Origin: Eledone cirrhosa
Lineage: Eukaryota
Reading direction: 5' to 3'
Assembly: GCA_964016885.1 (NCBI GenBank)
Contig: OZ024744.1
Coordinates: forward strand, 113,026,001-113,090,000
DNA length: 64,000 bases
A program made the position numbers and the translations under genes. A model generated the notes under the pieces. It was not told the origin of the DNA. It was given only the letters and a program-made list of their open reading frames with translations, and ran no database searches. Below, in pieces: positions 1 to 12,959 of this stretch (position 1 is its first letter; every line of letters starts with the position of its first letter).

Positions 1-17
1 CATTTCAGTCAACTTTC

Positions 18-715
18 CTGCTTTGATCCTTCTTTCTTAATCCTTTCTTCCTCATACTGCTTTGATTCTCCTCTGATCCTTCCTCTCTTGATTCTTCTTC
101 CTTGATCCTTCTTTCTTAATCCTTTCTTCCTCATACTGCTTTGATTCTCCTCTGATCCCTCCTCTCTTGATTCTTCTTCCTTGATCCTTCTTTCTTAATC
201 CTTTCTGCCTCATACTGCTTTGATTCTCCTTTGATCCTTCCTCTCTTGATTCTTCTTCCTTGATCCTTCTTTCTTAATCCTTTCTTCCTCATACTGCTTT
301 GATTCTCCTCTGATCCTTCCTCTCTTGATTCTTCTTCCTTGATCCTTCTTTCTTAATCCTTTCTTCCTCATACTGCTTTGATTCTCCTCTGATCCTTCCT
401 CTCTTGATTCTTCTTCCTTGATCCTTCTTTCTTAATCCTTTCTTCCTCATACTGCTTTGATTCTCCTCTGATCCTTCCTCTCTTGATTCTTCTTCCTTGA
501 TCCTTCTTTCTTAATCCTTTCTTCCTCATACTGCTTTGATTCTCCTCTGATCCTTCCTCTCTTGATTCTTCTTCCTTGATCCTTCTTTCTTAATCCTTTC
601 TTCCTCATACTGCTTTGATTCTCCTCTGATCCTTCCTCTCTTGATTCTTCTTCCTTGATCCTTCTTTCTTAATCCTTTCTTCTTCATACTGCTTTGATTC
701 TCCTTCCCCGATCCT
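18..715. repeat. 79-bp pyrimidine-rich minisatellite, about 9 copies
   Basis: CTGCTTTGATTCTCC recurs at 57, 136, 215, 294, 373 ... 689 (period 79). Confidence 0.95.
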
Positions 716-905
716 TCCTTCTCCATCCTTCCTTCCCTCATTCTTGATCCTAACATTTGTTCTGAGTTACTAGAATTTGTTCTCATTAGAATTTCAACTT
801 CTCTGTCTTTTTGTAAGAGTTACCATATTTTTGGTGCCAAACTCAACCTTTAATTCAATATAACATTTTATAACTCATTTCTTTGTTTTTATTTATTTTT
901 TACAG

Positions 906-1030
906 TTATTGGACATTTTCCTTCTCCTAATTCCTGTATTTTTAAGCAACATATCTACCCCGACAAAAGTGGATGGCATCACGAGTGTAATTCTTGTCAC
1001 TGTAACAATGGTCACATTTATTGTACGAAG
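906..1030 (+). CDS. JAG1: Jagged/Serrate-like Notch ligand, internal exon (VWC domain, first half)
   Basis: ttacAG acceptor and GTAAGG donor. Reads IGHFPSPNSCIFKQHIYPDKSGWHHECNSCHCNNGHIYCTK, matching the Jagged VWC pattern W..DCNTCQCLNG...CSK. Confidence 0.9.
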
Positions 1031-1154
1031 GTAAGGAGTTTATGATAAAGGTTTGATAAGAAGATTTAGGGGGTGGGGTGGAGGTGTTATTGTTTCGTTT
1101 TTGTTGTTACTTTTGTCAATATTTATTATGATGAGGTTGTTTTTACATTTGAAG

Positions 1155-1421
1155 GTTTGGTGTGGACCCAAAAATTGCTTGAGTCATCCAAATGTGTCTG
1201 AGCCTGTGGATATATGTGCACGTGACGAAACTTGTGTTGTTAAAACAATGCAAACATGCTTTACACCACCCTGTTTGCCCTGGGGTCATTGTAAACATAT
1301 ATCCAGAATAGAAGATTCTGCTCCCAGAGATATACAAACCAACTGTATACCAAATGAAGCAAAAATCAGCAATAACTGTGCAAAGATCAGCCTTCTCTTT
1401 GATAAATCTCAGATGCCGAAA
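1155..1421 (+). CDS. JAG1: Jagged/Serrate exon (VWC second half and Cys-rich juxtamembrane region)
   Basis: AG/GT bounded, 267 nt, phase 0. VWCGPKNCL...QTCFTPPCLPWGHC...NNCAKISLLFDKSQMPK resembles Jagged1 VWCGPRPCL...QCFVHPC...DNCANITFTFNKEMM. Confidence 0.93.
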
Positions 1422-1467
1422 GTAAGTTGTAATATAATTTACTTATATATTAACATTCCCTCTGCCT

Positions 1468-1547
<80 letters not shown>
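1468..1547. repeat. (CAT)n microsatellite
   Basis: About 26 direct CAT repeats in the intron. Confidence 0.95.
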
Positions 1548-1634
1548 TTTACGTCTTATATAAATACATACTATGAAGAAGAAAGCTTGATGTGGTTATT
1601 ACTGGCACTATATATAGACATCTATTACTGAATG

Positions 1635-3105
1635 TCTTCTTCTTCACTTATTCCTTGGAAAGTTGCCCCAAATATTCCCTCCAGCAGGTCCTGTCTGAAG
1701 CAACTGACTCCAAATGATCCGGCCTGATCCCCAAGCGAGACCAGCCAAGCTCATGGATATTATCCAACCATCTTGCTCGGGATCTACTCCTGGGTCTCCT
1801 GCTGGTTGGTTTGCTCGTAAAATCTGTCCAGCAACTCTGATACTACAGACATGTGGTTAGAATGTCTAAACATTCTAACCACATGTACATAGTATCAGAG
1901 CTGTGATCTCTCAATTCAGAGATTCTTTCCTGAGACATTCTAACCACATGTCATAGTATCAGAGCTGTGATCTCTCAATACAGAGATTCTTTCCTGAGAC
2001 ATTCTAACCACATGTCATAGTATCAGAGCTGTGATCTCTCAATACAGAGATTCTTTCCTGAGACATTCTAACCACATGTCATAGTATCAGAGCTGTGATC
2101 TCTCAATTCAGAGATTCTTTCCTGAGACATTCTAACCACATGTCTGTAATATCAGAGCTGTGGTCTCTCAATTCAGAGATTCTTTCCTGAGACATTCTAA
2201 CCACATGTCTGTAGTATCAGAGCTGTGATCTCTCAATTCAGAGATTCTTTCCTGAGATATTCTAACCACATGTACATAGTATCAGAGCTGTGATCTCTCA
2301 ATTCAGAGATTCTTTCCTGAGACATTCTAACCACATGTCCATAGTATCAGAGCTGTGATCTCTCAATTCAGAGATTCTTTCCTGAGACATTCTAACCACA
2401 TGTCTGTAGTATCAGAGCTGTGATCTCTCAATTCAGAGATTCTTTCCTGAGATATTCTAACCACATGTACATAGTATCAGAGCTGTGACCTCTCAATTCA
2501 GAGATTCTTTCCTGAGACATTCTAACCACATGTCCATAGTATCAGAGCTGTGACCTCTCAATTCAGAGATTCTTTCCTGAGACATTCTAACCACATGTCC
2601 ATAGTATCAGAGCTGTGATCTCTCAATTCAGAGATTCTTTCCTGAGACATTCTAACCACAAGTCTGTAGTATCAGAGCTGTGGTCTCTCAATTCAGAGAT
2701 TCTTTCCTGAGACATTCTAACCACATGTCCATAGTATCAGAGCTGTGATCTCTCAATTCAGAGATTCTTTCCTGAGACATTCTAACCACATGTCCATAGT
2801 ATCAGAGCTGTGATCTCTCAATTCAGAGATTCTTTCCTGAGACATTCTAACCACATGTCTGTAGTATCAGAGCTGTGATCTCTCAATTCAGAAAAGTAGT
2901 GGTTCTACCTAGAGTGACTCTCTGATCTACACACTCTACAGAGTAATTGTTACTCCAAAGATCCCTTGGGGAAACCCCTTTTCAGCTGCTTGTAATCATG
3001 TTCGTATTCTTGTGAACATTTCCCAAGATTCATGACCATAGGTAAAGGTTGGCATGAATATCGAATTGAAGATAATGAGTTTGGTTTTTACACCTACCTC
3101 CTTCT
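1635..3105 (-). mobile_element. RTE-clade LINE 3' fragment, interrupted by a minisatellite made from its own sequence
   Basis: Minus-strand translation gives TKLIIFNSIFMPTFTYGHESW...IERSQL.YY.HVVRMSQER...RRPRSRSRARWLDNIHELGWSRLGI...VASDRTCW, typical of an RTE ORF C-terminus. Confidence 0.75.
1871..2892. repeat. 64-65-bp minisatellite, about 16 copies
   Basis: CATTCTAACCACATGT recurs at 1871, 1936, 2000, 2064, 2128, 2193 ... Confidence 0.95.
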
Positions 3106-3169
3106 GTGTGTGTGAAGTATAAATATAGTTTGCTAAAGGGAGATAACCTATTTAAAAGTCTAATGTCTG

Positions 3170-3445
3170 TCTGAAGCCTAGAAGCTCATCAGGCCAGAAC
3201 TTATCCTAGTTTCCTTGGTATTAAATGACAGGAGTCCAAGACTTCCTCTTGGTCAAAATGCCAGTCCATCACCGGGTTAAACTCTCAGTTACAGCTAGTA
3301 CTTATTATCAGTAGAGTATACTGGAGCAGTGTAAAATGAAGTGTTTTGCTCAAAAACAACAACGCACAACCTGGTCCAAGATTCAAATTAACAAATTATG
3401 ATCATAATTCAACACTCTAAATATTAGGCCATACATCTCCACACA
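3170..3445 (-). mobile_element. Degenerate tRNA-derived SINE (family B)
   Basis: Shares CTGGAGCA.TGT.AAAT.AAGTGT.TTGCTCAA with the copies at 9550 and 12960. Confidence 0.55.
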
Positions 3446-4312
3446 TATAAACAGTTAGATGTCAACAAACATCGTGTATAGGAAGTTAATATAAAGCATG
3501 ATATTCTCATGTGCAGAGATATTATAAAATAGGACTGATGGCAACTTCTGTTTCTGTTGTTAAGGGTCTCCACCCTATTTTAAACCATTTCCACACATAA
3601 ACACACCACTCTTTATATAACCAAATGTATTTTATTTGGAAGTACAACCCTCACAGAACAGATTCAACTTGAAGCTGTTATAGTGTGGTGTACAGAACTG
3701 ACAATTGCAGTTGAGATAAAATGAACCAAACAACTTATATTTAAAAATCAAGTACTTTTGGATTTCAAATAGATCTTTCCCCTACCCCCGTTAGTTTTTC
3801 AGCGTATTTCCACCCCTACCCTCACTCTTCCCATCTCCCCAAATTATTACATTTTGCTAATCTATCTCCTGTGAAATGTTATTTTAAGTGGTAGCATTTC
3901 TGCAACAATTAATATTTTCTTTAGACATTAAAAAACATTATACATAAGAAAACAAAATACATTACTAGAAATCCCATAAGTTATAAAATAAATAGGATGG
4001 GTTGGGGTCTCAATATGTAAACTAAACAACTAATTAACAATTTTCCAATGCCCTCATCCCATTTATTTTCCGTCTGTTATTTGGGACCTAAGAGCACCAT
4101 TTGTACATCTGAGCTGTAGAAACCATGCTAAATATAGAACCTATTGAATGAGATGTCATGCCCTGCCCTGTCAAACTCAGGTCAGGGCATGACATATATA
4201 CAAGTGGGAAGAGAAAAAAATAAAATACATTTCATTGAATTTGTGTAACTTTTATGATGAAACTGTCTGTCAGTCTATCTATCTATCCATCTCCCCCTCT
4301 CTCTCTCTCTCT

Positions 4313-4382
<70 letters not shown>

Positions 4383-4395
4383 ATGTGTGTAATAT

Positions 4396-6978
4396 CATCA
4401 TCATTTTATGTCCGCTTTTCCTTGTGGGACGGGTCCTTTTCAGCACAGCATCTCTCCATTCGTCACGGTCCTTCGTCATCTCCTCTGTGAGTTTCAGCGA
4501 TCTGAGGTCAGCTCTCACCACCATTTACCCATGATTTTCGTGGTTTCCTCTATTGCGTCTTCCTCTACTGCGTTTTCCTTCCACTGCGATTTCTTGGCAC
4601 TTCTTTACCCAGTGGTTAACCTCCATGTGCATCACATGTCCATACCATCTCAGTCTTCTCTCCTGCACACCACAACTTATCCCTCTTATACACAGTTTCT
4701 CTCTCAACTCATCTATGCTTGATCATTCACACACATTGACATTGCACATCCATTGGAGCATGCTTGCTTCATTTCTCTCCAGCCGTCGCATATCCTCCGC
4801 AGTTGCTGCCCATGTCTCACTACCATGCAACATCGCACATCTCACACAGGCATCATATAACCGACCTTTCGTACGCAGGGAGAAACCCTTCTTTATCAAC
4901 AGAGGAAGCAGCTCTCTAAACTTCTTCCAACCTGTCCTTATTCTAGAAACTATGGCCTCAGAACACCCCCCCCCCCCTCCATGCTAATCTGATCACCTAG
5001 TTACCAGAATCTATCAACCACTTCTATAGAACCCACCTGCATTTGAAAAATGTGTCTATCAATGCGACTTCTACTGTCAAATTTCCCTGTACATCTACTG
5101 CATATGTAGTTTCCCTACCTGTTAGTTTGCCTGCTATCCCACTACATTTCTTATCTACCCAAGATCTGCATTGTTCAGATCATCAGCATAGGGAAGTACC
5201 TTTGGACAGCCAGTCTTAAAATCATCTGTAATGAACAGCGAGTCTTAAACACATCTGTAATGGACAGCCAGTCTTAAACTCATCTGTAATGAACAAGAGC
5301 AGGCTGATCTACTCCTAATCTACTCCTACTTGTATCTGGAATTCCTTGCTAAACTCCATTCCTACCCTGACTTTACTGACAGTACCTCTGTACAAAGTTT
5401 GCACTGTCCTCACAAGCCATACCTCAACACCTAGTTTCTTTAGGGACCACCAGATGACAGATCAAGGTACTCTATCAAAGGCCTTCTCTAGGTCAACAAA
5501 AGCTAAGTATAGTGGCTTATTTTTCTCTAAGAACCTCTCTTGTAGTTGTCTCACTAAGAAGAGGGCATCTGTTGTACTTTTCCCAGGCACAAAACCAAAC
5601 TGCATCTCATCTAGTTTGACCCTTTCACTAATTAATTGCGCTAATATCCTTTCTGCCACTTTCATAACCTGATCCATCAGTTTTATGCCCCTATAATTGC
5701 TCCACTCCAGAGCATCCCCTTTACCTTTGTAGCAATTTATAAGAATACTGCTGCACCAGTCTTTTGGTATAACTCCACCATATATAACTTGATTTATGAT
5801 GTGTGCAACCAGTTTAGTGTCTACTTCTCCTGATGCCTTCAGCATCTCATCAACTATCCCTGATGCCTTCAGCATCTCAGCATCTCTCCCTGATGGTTTA
5901 GCGGCCTTACCACTTTTCATTTCCTTAATTGCCTATTTGACCCTATAATCGTCAATCTCAATAGCTGGTCCCTCTGTCAGGTCTACTGGGGGTAGTTTCT
6001 CTCTCTTCCATTCGTTCTCCACATTCATCAGTCTCTTATAATGACATTTCCAGGCCTCCTTTTTATGAGCATCAATGACACTAAGTACACCAACATCATT
6101 CCGGACACATTTATCTCCAACAACATCCTGATTTGCACTGACACACTGCCTTGCAATGCAGAACACTGCACGTCTCTGATCTTCTTGTCACAGAACATTG
6201 GCAAACCTCCTACTCTCAGCATCCGTGCGTGCTAAGTAACCTCACATCTAGCCTCTCTTTTAGTGGCTGAGTATCGGTCTCTACTCCCACCATTTTTCCA
6301 AGCTTTCCATGCTTGTCTTTTGTCTCTAATGGCCCTATCTACCGTGCTGTTCCACCACCAGATCACTCTCTGTCTAGTTGGAGCTCTGCTCCAGCCACAA
6401 GTCTCTTCAGTAGCCTGCTGTAACTTGTTACATAAGAAATTCCAGGTATCATCCATGTCATATGATTCTAACTCATCTTCTTTTTTGTCATACACATCTT
6501 GAAGGGCTTTCCTAAATTAATATTTTAGTGAAAGGTCTTTTAGCTTCCAGACCTTCCTTTTCCACACCTTTCTGTGTGTCTCATTTTGTCTCTTGCTTAT
6601 TGAGATATCTTTTTTTGTCTTTTGCTTATTGATAATGACAAACCTATGTTGGGGGTACAATCTTCCCCGGGGTATGCCTTAGTATTTGACACCATCTGTC
6701 TGTCTCATTGCCTAACCAGCAAGAAGTCAATCTGGCTTATGTGCTCACCTGATTGATAGGTTATTAGGTGGTTGAAAGGTTTCTGGAAGTTAGTGTTGCA
6801 AATGGTTAGTTCACTTGCATCATAAAATTCAAGGAGCCTCACTCCTTCTTCGTTTCTTGAGCCATAACCATGACCACCATGTACCCCAGTGTATCCAGCC
6901 TGGAGCTGTCCAACATGACCATTGAAGTCACCTGCTAGTATAACTAGGTCTCTGTCCTCTGTCATTGTGGTTGTCTCT
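4396..6978 (-). mobile_element. RTE-clade LINE (APE endonuclease + RT), degraded and 5'-truncated
   Basis: ORF pieces VILAGDFNGHVG...SQIDFLLVR (APE), NYRGIKLM...QFGF...AFVDLEKAFDRVP (RT), RLRWYGHV; 3' tail GGACATAAAATGATGATG. Confidence 0.92.
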
Positions 6979-7113
6979 AGATATCCATCCATCCATCCAT
7001 CCATATAAGTATTGAATTTTCCGTTGAAAATTGAAAAAGTCATAGGAGTGAAGAGTGCTCTATGTAAGTTACAGAGCTAAATTTAATGTATAATAAACAA
7101 TACAATATAATTA

Positions 7114-7181
7114 CCTCATTACCAGAGGTTTCCTGAATAAGACGAATACAAGAAACGCTCTCATTCGTTCGTCAGACAAGG
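7114..7181 (-). ncRNA. Degenerate hammerhead ribozyme motif in left PLE arm
   Basis: ccttgt-CTGACGA-(stem II gaatgaga/tcttattc)-GAAAcc tct ggTA-atgagg; base of stem II mismatched. Confidence 0.55.
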
Positions 7182-9549
7182 CAATTTAAAGCATAGTGTA
7201 ATATTTGAAAAATCTCAAGAAAGGCAAAAGTTTAACAGGCAAAAAAAAATATATATAAATAAAAGTAATGCAAGAGATATATAATAATAAAATAAGGAAA
7301 TATAGTAAGGGTATGTGTATAAATGTGTGTATATGCACCTACAAATGTACATATGTGTGTATGTACAAATGAATGTGTATAGTGAAAATAATGTGTGCAT
7401 AAGTACATACATGAGGGCAAGCATATCAGTGTATGTATGACCACAAATACGTATATAATATATGTTGAAAAAAGAAATTGTAAGATAATAGAGTTAACGT
7501 ACATACAGACTCAGGGACTAAGGATTGAAATATATACACATACAAGTATGAAAGCACGCGTATAAACACACACACATGCAAGTGATATATACAGGGAAGG
7601 GAGTGTATCAGTTAAAACAGTGTCAGGCTGAAGGTCAATACATATATAAAAAATATAAAATATGAAAATGTAAATGAGAAAATATATGAGAATAAAAAAA
7701 TTAAATCAAAGAGAAAGTAAGAGGGAGGGGTTATCAATTATAAAGTAACACTAGAAAAAATAAAAATCATAGGTTCGTACATACACATATATATATATAT
7801 AAAAATATATATATAAATACGTACAGGCAAAAGCACATACATGCATACATACATACAAAAGCGCGCATACATACACACGAAGCACACATATAAATACATA
7901 CATGTACATCTAATCACACGCATGCGACCATGTATATATATATACACACACACATATATATATATATATACATATACACACACACACACATATACATATG
8001 TATGTAAAAAACATAAATATAAAAACACACATACACACGCACATACGAATGCATTCATACACATATACAGACACGTATACATACACATGCATGCTCACAC
8101 ACATAGATACAATATAAAAACCAGCCATAAGAATAAATGAGTACAAATTATACGCAAGTAAACATACATAAAAGCTGCTGCGGGACAACAGAATATATCT
8201 GGAGTTGAAAACGCAAGTGATATGTGATATCAGGTAGTGAAAGAAAAGGGGGAAGTAAAATATGTAAAATTGTGAAGAAATAAAGTAAGTGAATCAAAAA
8301 GCAGGGGGAGGGTCACTGGTGGATGTGAAGTAAAAATAAAGTTAAAAATAAAAGTAAACCAGAAAGAGAAGTCTGTAAAGAGGGTAATTTAAGGAAAGTG
8401 AAGAACAAGAGTTTATGGAGGATAACTATCTGAAAGTGAGTTAAGTTTATATGAGCTGGAAAGCAAGTGTGATTATATATATATACAAAATTTCTGTTTT
8501 TGCATTTAGGCAGGTTTTTGGTGATTTAAGGTTCTGTAAAATCCAATATTTTTCACTTATGCAGAGTGTGCATCTTCTTGTTCCTCTTGCATATTCTTTA
8601 GATTGGTTCAAAATTTACCAATCTAATTTATATTGAATCCCATATTCTGCTAGCCAGAGCTGTTGTAAATCTTTTTTCAGGATGTCGGAAAGATGTGACA
8701 TGTGAGTAATAACGCGATATGAATTTGTCTTGTGTCATACCCACATATCGTTCGCTGGTGGCTGGTAGGTTGTTGCTGGTGGTTGTCACTTTAGCCGCAT
8801 ATACAATGGCTTTGGTGTTGCATTTACCTTGTAATGGGCATTCACTTTTGACTCTGCAAGAGCAATTTTGATGTTCTCTGGTTATTTTCCTATTGAGGAT
8901 ATAAGATTTAATAGGGGAACTGCAGGAGTAGCTGATTTTGACACAGTTTCTATTGAAGATCTTATAGTATCTATGTGTTCTAGGGAAATGTTTATCTAAG
9001 AGCTCTAGGAATTTTTTGCCTACATTAGTTTTAACTGCTAAAGAGTAGGGGGTGGGTGAACCAGATTATTTTTCTTTTCCTATTATTATGTTTAAAGGAG
9101 TTAGTATTGTTGGGTATGTACTTATTTTTAACTTTATTTTTACTTCACATCCACCAGTGAACCCCCCCCCCCCCCTCCCTGCTTTTTTATTTACTTTCTT
9201 TATATCTTTACAATTTGACATATTTTACTTCCCCCTTTTCTTTCACTACCTGATATCACATATCACTTGCGTTTTCAACTCCAGATATATTCTGTTGTCC
9301 CGCAGCCACTTTTATGTATGTTTACTTGCGTATAATTAGTACTCATTTATTCATACGGTTGGTTTTTATATTGTATCTATACGTGTGAGCGTGCATGTGT
9401 GTGTATACATGTCTGTATATGTGTATGAATGCATTCGTATGTGCGTGTGTATGTGTGTTTTTATATTTATGTTTTTTACATACTTATGTATATGTGTGTG
9501 TGTATATGTATATATATATATATGTGTATATATATATATATCATTTTCA

Positions 9550-9887
9550 ACATCATCATTTCATTTTACGTCCGCTTTTTCCCTGCTTGCAAGGGTGGGA
9601 CGGGAACTGATTCTGGCTTGATTTCTACAGCTGGATGCCCTTCCTAACACCAACCTCATTTACAGTGAGTGCTGGGTGCTTTTTTGCCGTGGCACCTCCA
9701 CGACCACTTTGCAGTGGAACGATATGGACCCCAGTCCCTATCATCTCATTTCTACAGCTGAGTAAACTGGAGCAATGTGAAATAAAGTGTCTTGCTCAAG
9801 GACACAACACATCACCCGGTCTGAGAATTGAACTCACAACCTTTCGATTGCAAGGCCAATGCTCTAACCACTAAGCCATGTGCCTCC

Positions 9888-9888
<1 letters not shown>
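9550..9888 (-). mobile_element. tRNA-derived SINE (family B) with RTE-type 3' tail, inserted in right PLE arm
   Basis: Head GGAGGCACATGGCTTAGTGGTTAGAGC...GAGTTCAATTC (A/B boxes); body GTGTCCTTGAGCAAGACAC; tail GCGGACGTAAAATGAAATGATGATG; absent from the left arm. Confidence 0.85.
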
Positions 9889-9949
<61 letters not shown>

Positions 9950-10686
9950 GGTCGCGTGCATGCGTGTGATTAGTTGTACATGTATGTATATATATGTGCT
10001 TCGTGTGTATGTATGTACGCATGTATGTACGCATGTATGTGCTTTTGTCTGTACGTATTTATATATATGTGTGTATGTACGAACCTATGTATGTTTTTTA
10101 TTTTTTCTAGTGTTACTTTATAATTAATAACCCCTCCCTCTTACTTTCTCTTTGATTTAATTTTTTTATTCTCATATATTTTTTCATTTTCATTTTCATA
10201 TTTTATATATGTATTGACCTTCAGCTTGACACTGCTTTGACTGATACACTCCCTTCCCTGTATATATCACTTGCATGTATGTGGTTGTGCGTGTGTGTGT
10301 GTTTATACGCGTGCTTTCATACTTGTATGTGTATATATTTCAATCCTTAGTCCCTGAGTCTGTATGTACGCTAACTCTATTATCTTACAATTTCTTTTTT
10401 CAACATATATTATATACGCATTTGTGGTCACACATACACTGATATGTTTGCCCTCATGTATGTACTTATGCACACATTTTTTCACTATACACATGCATTT
10501 GTACATACACACATATGTACATTTGTAGGTGCATATACACACATTTATACACATACCCTTACTATATTTCCTTATTTTATTTTTATATATCTTTTGCATT
10601 ACTTTTATTTATATTTTTTTTTTTGCCCATTAAACTTTTGCCTTTCTTGAGGAGATTTTTCAAATATTTCACTATGTTTTAAATGG

Positions 10687-10754
10687 TCTTGTCTGACGAA
10701 TGAATGAGGACGTTTCTTGTATTCGTCTTATTCGGAAAACCTCTGGTAATGAGG
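10687..10754 (+). ncRNA. Degenerate hammerhead motif in right PLE arm
   Basis: tcttgt-CTGACGA...GAAAacctctggTA-atgagg; mirror of 7114-7181. Confidence 0.5.
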
Positions 10755-10784
10755 TAATTATATTGTATTGTTTATTATACATAC

Positions 10785-10815
<31 letters not shown>

Positions 10816-10852
10816 AATATATATGTGTATTACAATGGATTCTATTTTACAG

Positions 10853-10984
10853 GGCGTGTCTGTTGGAAATATCTGCAATTCTCTTAGAGCCTTCCCCAAA
10901 GTGCAAGCTTATGCCAAGAAAGAAACTATTATAATTCTATGTGCTATCCAACTTCGAAGAGCTGACTCCATTGAAATCACTCTG
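10853..10984 (+). CDS. JAG1: Jagged/Serrate exon (juxtamembrane extracellular region)
   Basis: ttttacAG...GTAATT, 132 nt, phase 0/0. GVSVGNICNSLRAFPKVQAYAKKETIIILCAIQLRRADSIEITL resembles Jagged1 GLTTEHICSELR...IYIAC...IHVAI. Not in the ORF track. Confidence 0.88.
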
Positions 10985-11287
10985 GTAATTTAACTTTCAT
11001 TGATTTCATTGATTTCTAAACAATTCCTTGCTAATTATACAACCCATGGGTCAACCATGACAGAAAATGACCACATGTACTGGAAGACTTGCTTTCATTT
11101 TGGTTGACCAAATATCAACCAGTTACTAAAGTGACCAAAGAATGGATCAGTTACTTAATTAATAATAAATTGAAGTGAACCTTAAATGGTGTGTGTTTTT
11201 ATTGGCAGTATGACTCTACCAAAATATAACAATATCTGTTTCAACATAGGTTTTCACATCAAAAATCTTGCAAAACAAATGTATTTA

Positions 11288-12142
11288 TACTAGCTGCAGT
11301 ACCCAGTAATACCTGGGAAAGGTGTGGTTATTCACAGTTCCCAGAGTGCACCTGAAAATGATAGCGACCCTGGGTGCCTATACTGGATTTTCAATAGCAA
11401 CCTTTTGCTAGGTGTGTTTATGGCAGATATATTTTTTGTGTGGAACTATCAATAGCTGTTTACGTCATAAGTCCTTCTTCCATCCAGCTTTCTTCATTCA
11501 GAGTGAATAAGTTGGGGAAGTTTGAGCTCGAAGAGTAACAAACTTATGTATAAGAGTAGCAAACTTACTGCCTTAGCGCTCAAGAACAAACTCAGAACAA
11601 TTAAGGAAGTCATCGCAATTATTGAAGAAATTATAACTGAGTGAACATATTCAGGTACTGTTCAAGCACCCTGTATATCACCGTTTGGAAAGCCCTTTGA
11701 ATGACTGAAGCAATTCAATAAATCCATCCCGTTTTCCCCCTATAAGTAGACATAACCCGAGAAAACACACCATAATAAGTCGGATAAACAATCAGAAGTG
11801 TTGGCCCTAAAGAGGGCCTTGTAACATTCACTGTTGCAAAGTGTCAATAATGGGGAAGAAGTTACATCTTCTTAATTCGTGTTAATCTTCCCACGATCCG
11901 ACACCTCGAAATATCCACTAAATAAACTCTACTCTCGAAGACGGCATGTTACAATTAACATGTCGGGAGTACGAATATTCGTCAACATACGATTTGGGGT
12001 TTATTCTTCGGACTAGTCTCAGGTAAGCCAACTTCCAGGTCATTCATCATAACACTTTGTTGTAACTTATCAGTAATTCCTGCAGTTGACCTTAATGTGA
12101 CCTAAGTGTGTGCACGTGTTCAGATTTCATATCTGTGGATGT

Positions 12143-12173
<31 letters not shown>

Positions 12174-12218
12174 TTATATATATATATATACACATATATA
12201 TATATATATATATATACA

Positions 12219-12274
<56 letters not shown>

Positions 12275-12660
12275 CAGAGACATCTGTTCAGTCGTCAACC
12301 AAAATCGATTGTCATCTGCTTTGTTTGAAATTTCTTTATGTATATTTCTAATAAGTTGTTGCCTTGTTTTGGAGGACTGAGTTGTGGGAGGAGGAAGGGG
12401 TGTAGTGGGAGGGAGAGTTTAACATACAGTAGTAGTATCTCCTCTGCCCCCTCTCTCACTGAAACATCTTCTCTTTCCTCCTCCATTGTAAAGATGTCCC
12501 CAGGGATTCCATTATTCATTTTTATTGAAATTCAATTAGCCAGTCCTGTTTCTGAATATTAGCTTAACATGTGTGTAAAGTTTCATCAGGATCAGATCAC
12601 TGGTGTAGGCGCCATCTGGTTACACACAGACAGACAGAAATTGCCATTTATATAGTAGAT
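11288..12660 (+). mobile_element. Helentron/HINE (DINE-1-like) non-autonomous rolling-circle element
   Basis: 5' ACTAGCTGCAGTACCCAG..CTGGG hairpin; 3' AAAGTTTCATCAGGATC...ACAGACAGACAG...TTTATATAGTAGAT; internal (TA)n. Confidence 0.6.
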
Positions 12661-12959
12661 ATGTATATATATATATTCACTAATATATACTATATATATA
12701 TATATATATTTATCATCATCACCCGTTTAACGTCCATTTTCAACACTAGCATGAGTTAGACACGCTGTCCTATTGTGAGACAAGCCAAGTCAGCTGACCA
12801 TGCCTTGCTCATACAGAACTGATTTTGGCTTGGTTTCTACAGCTGGATACCCTTCCTAATGTCAACCACATTTACAGTGTGTACTAGGTGTTTTTTGTTG
12901 ATGTATATATATACATATATTGCCGGTAGCAATAAGACAACATTAAGTATAATAGGGTA

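Larger units (their letters stand above)
7088..10780 (-). mobile_element. Penelope-like element remnant: GIY-YIG core (about 8460-9075) flanked by about 1.3-kb inverted arms
   Basis: Minus strand reads approximately IIWF.PPYSLAVKTNVGKKFLELLDKHFP...KIFNRNCVKISYSC...CSCRVKSECPLQGKC..KAIVYAAKV...YVGMTQDKFISRYYSH. 7088-8358 is the reverse complement of about 9117-10780. Confidence 0.85.

Noticed and set aside
1053-1631. 192-aa ORF with poly-His
   Set aside because: Read-through of Jagged exon 1155-1421 into introns; the His tract is a (CAT)n microsatellite after the splice donor.
11400-12090. Possible Helitron helicase remnant inside the HINE-like element
   Set aside because: Only a vague resemblance over about 40 aa; needs a profile search.
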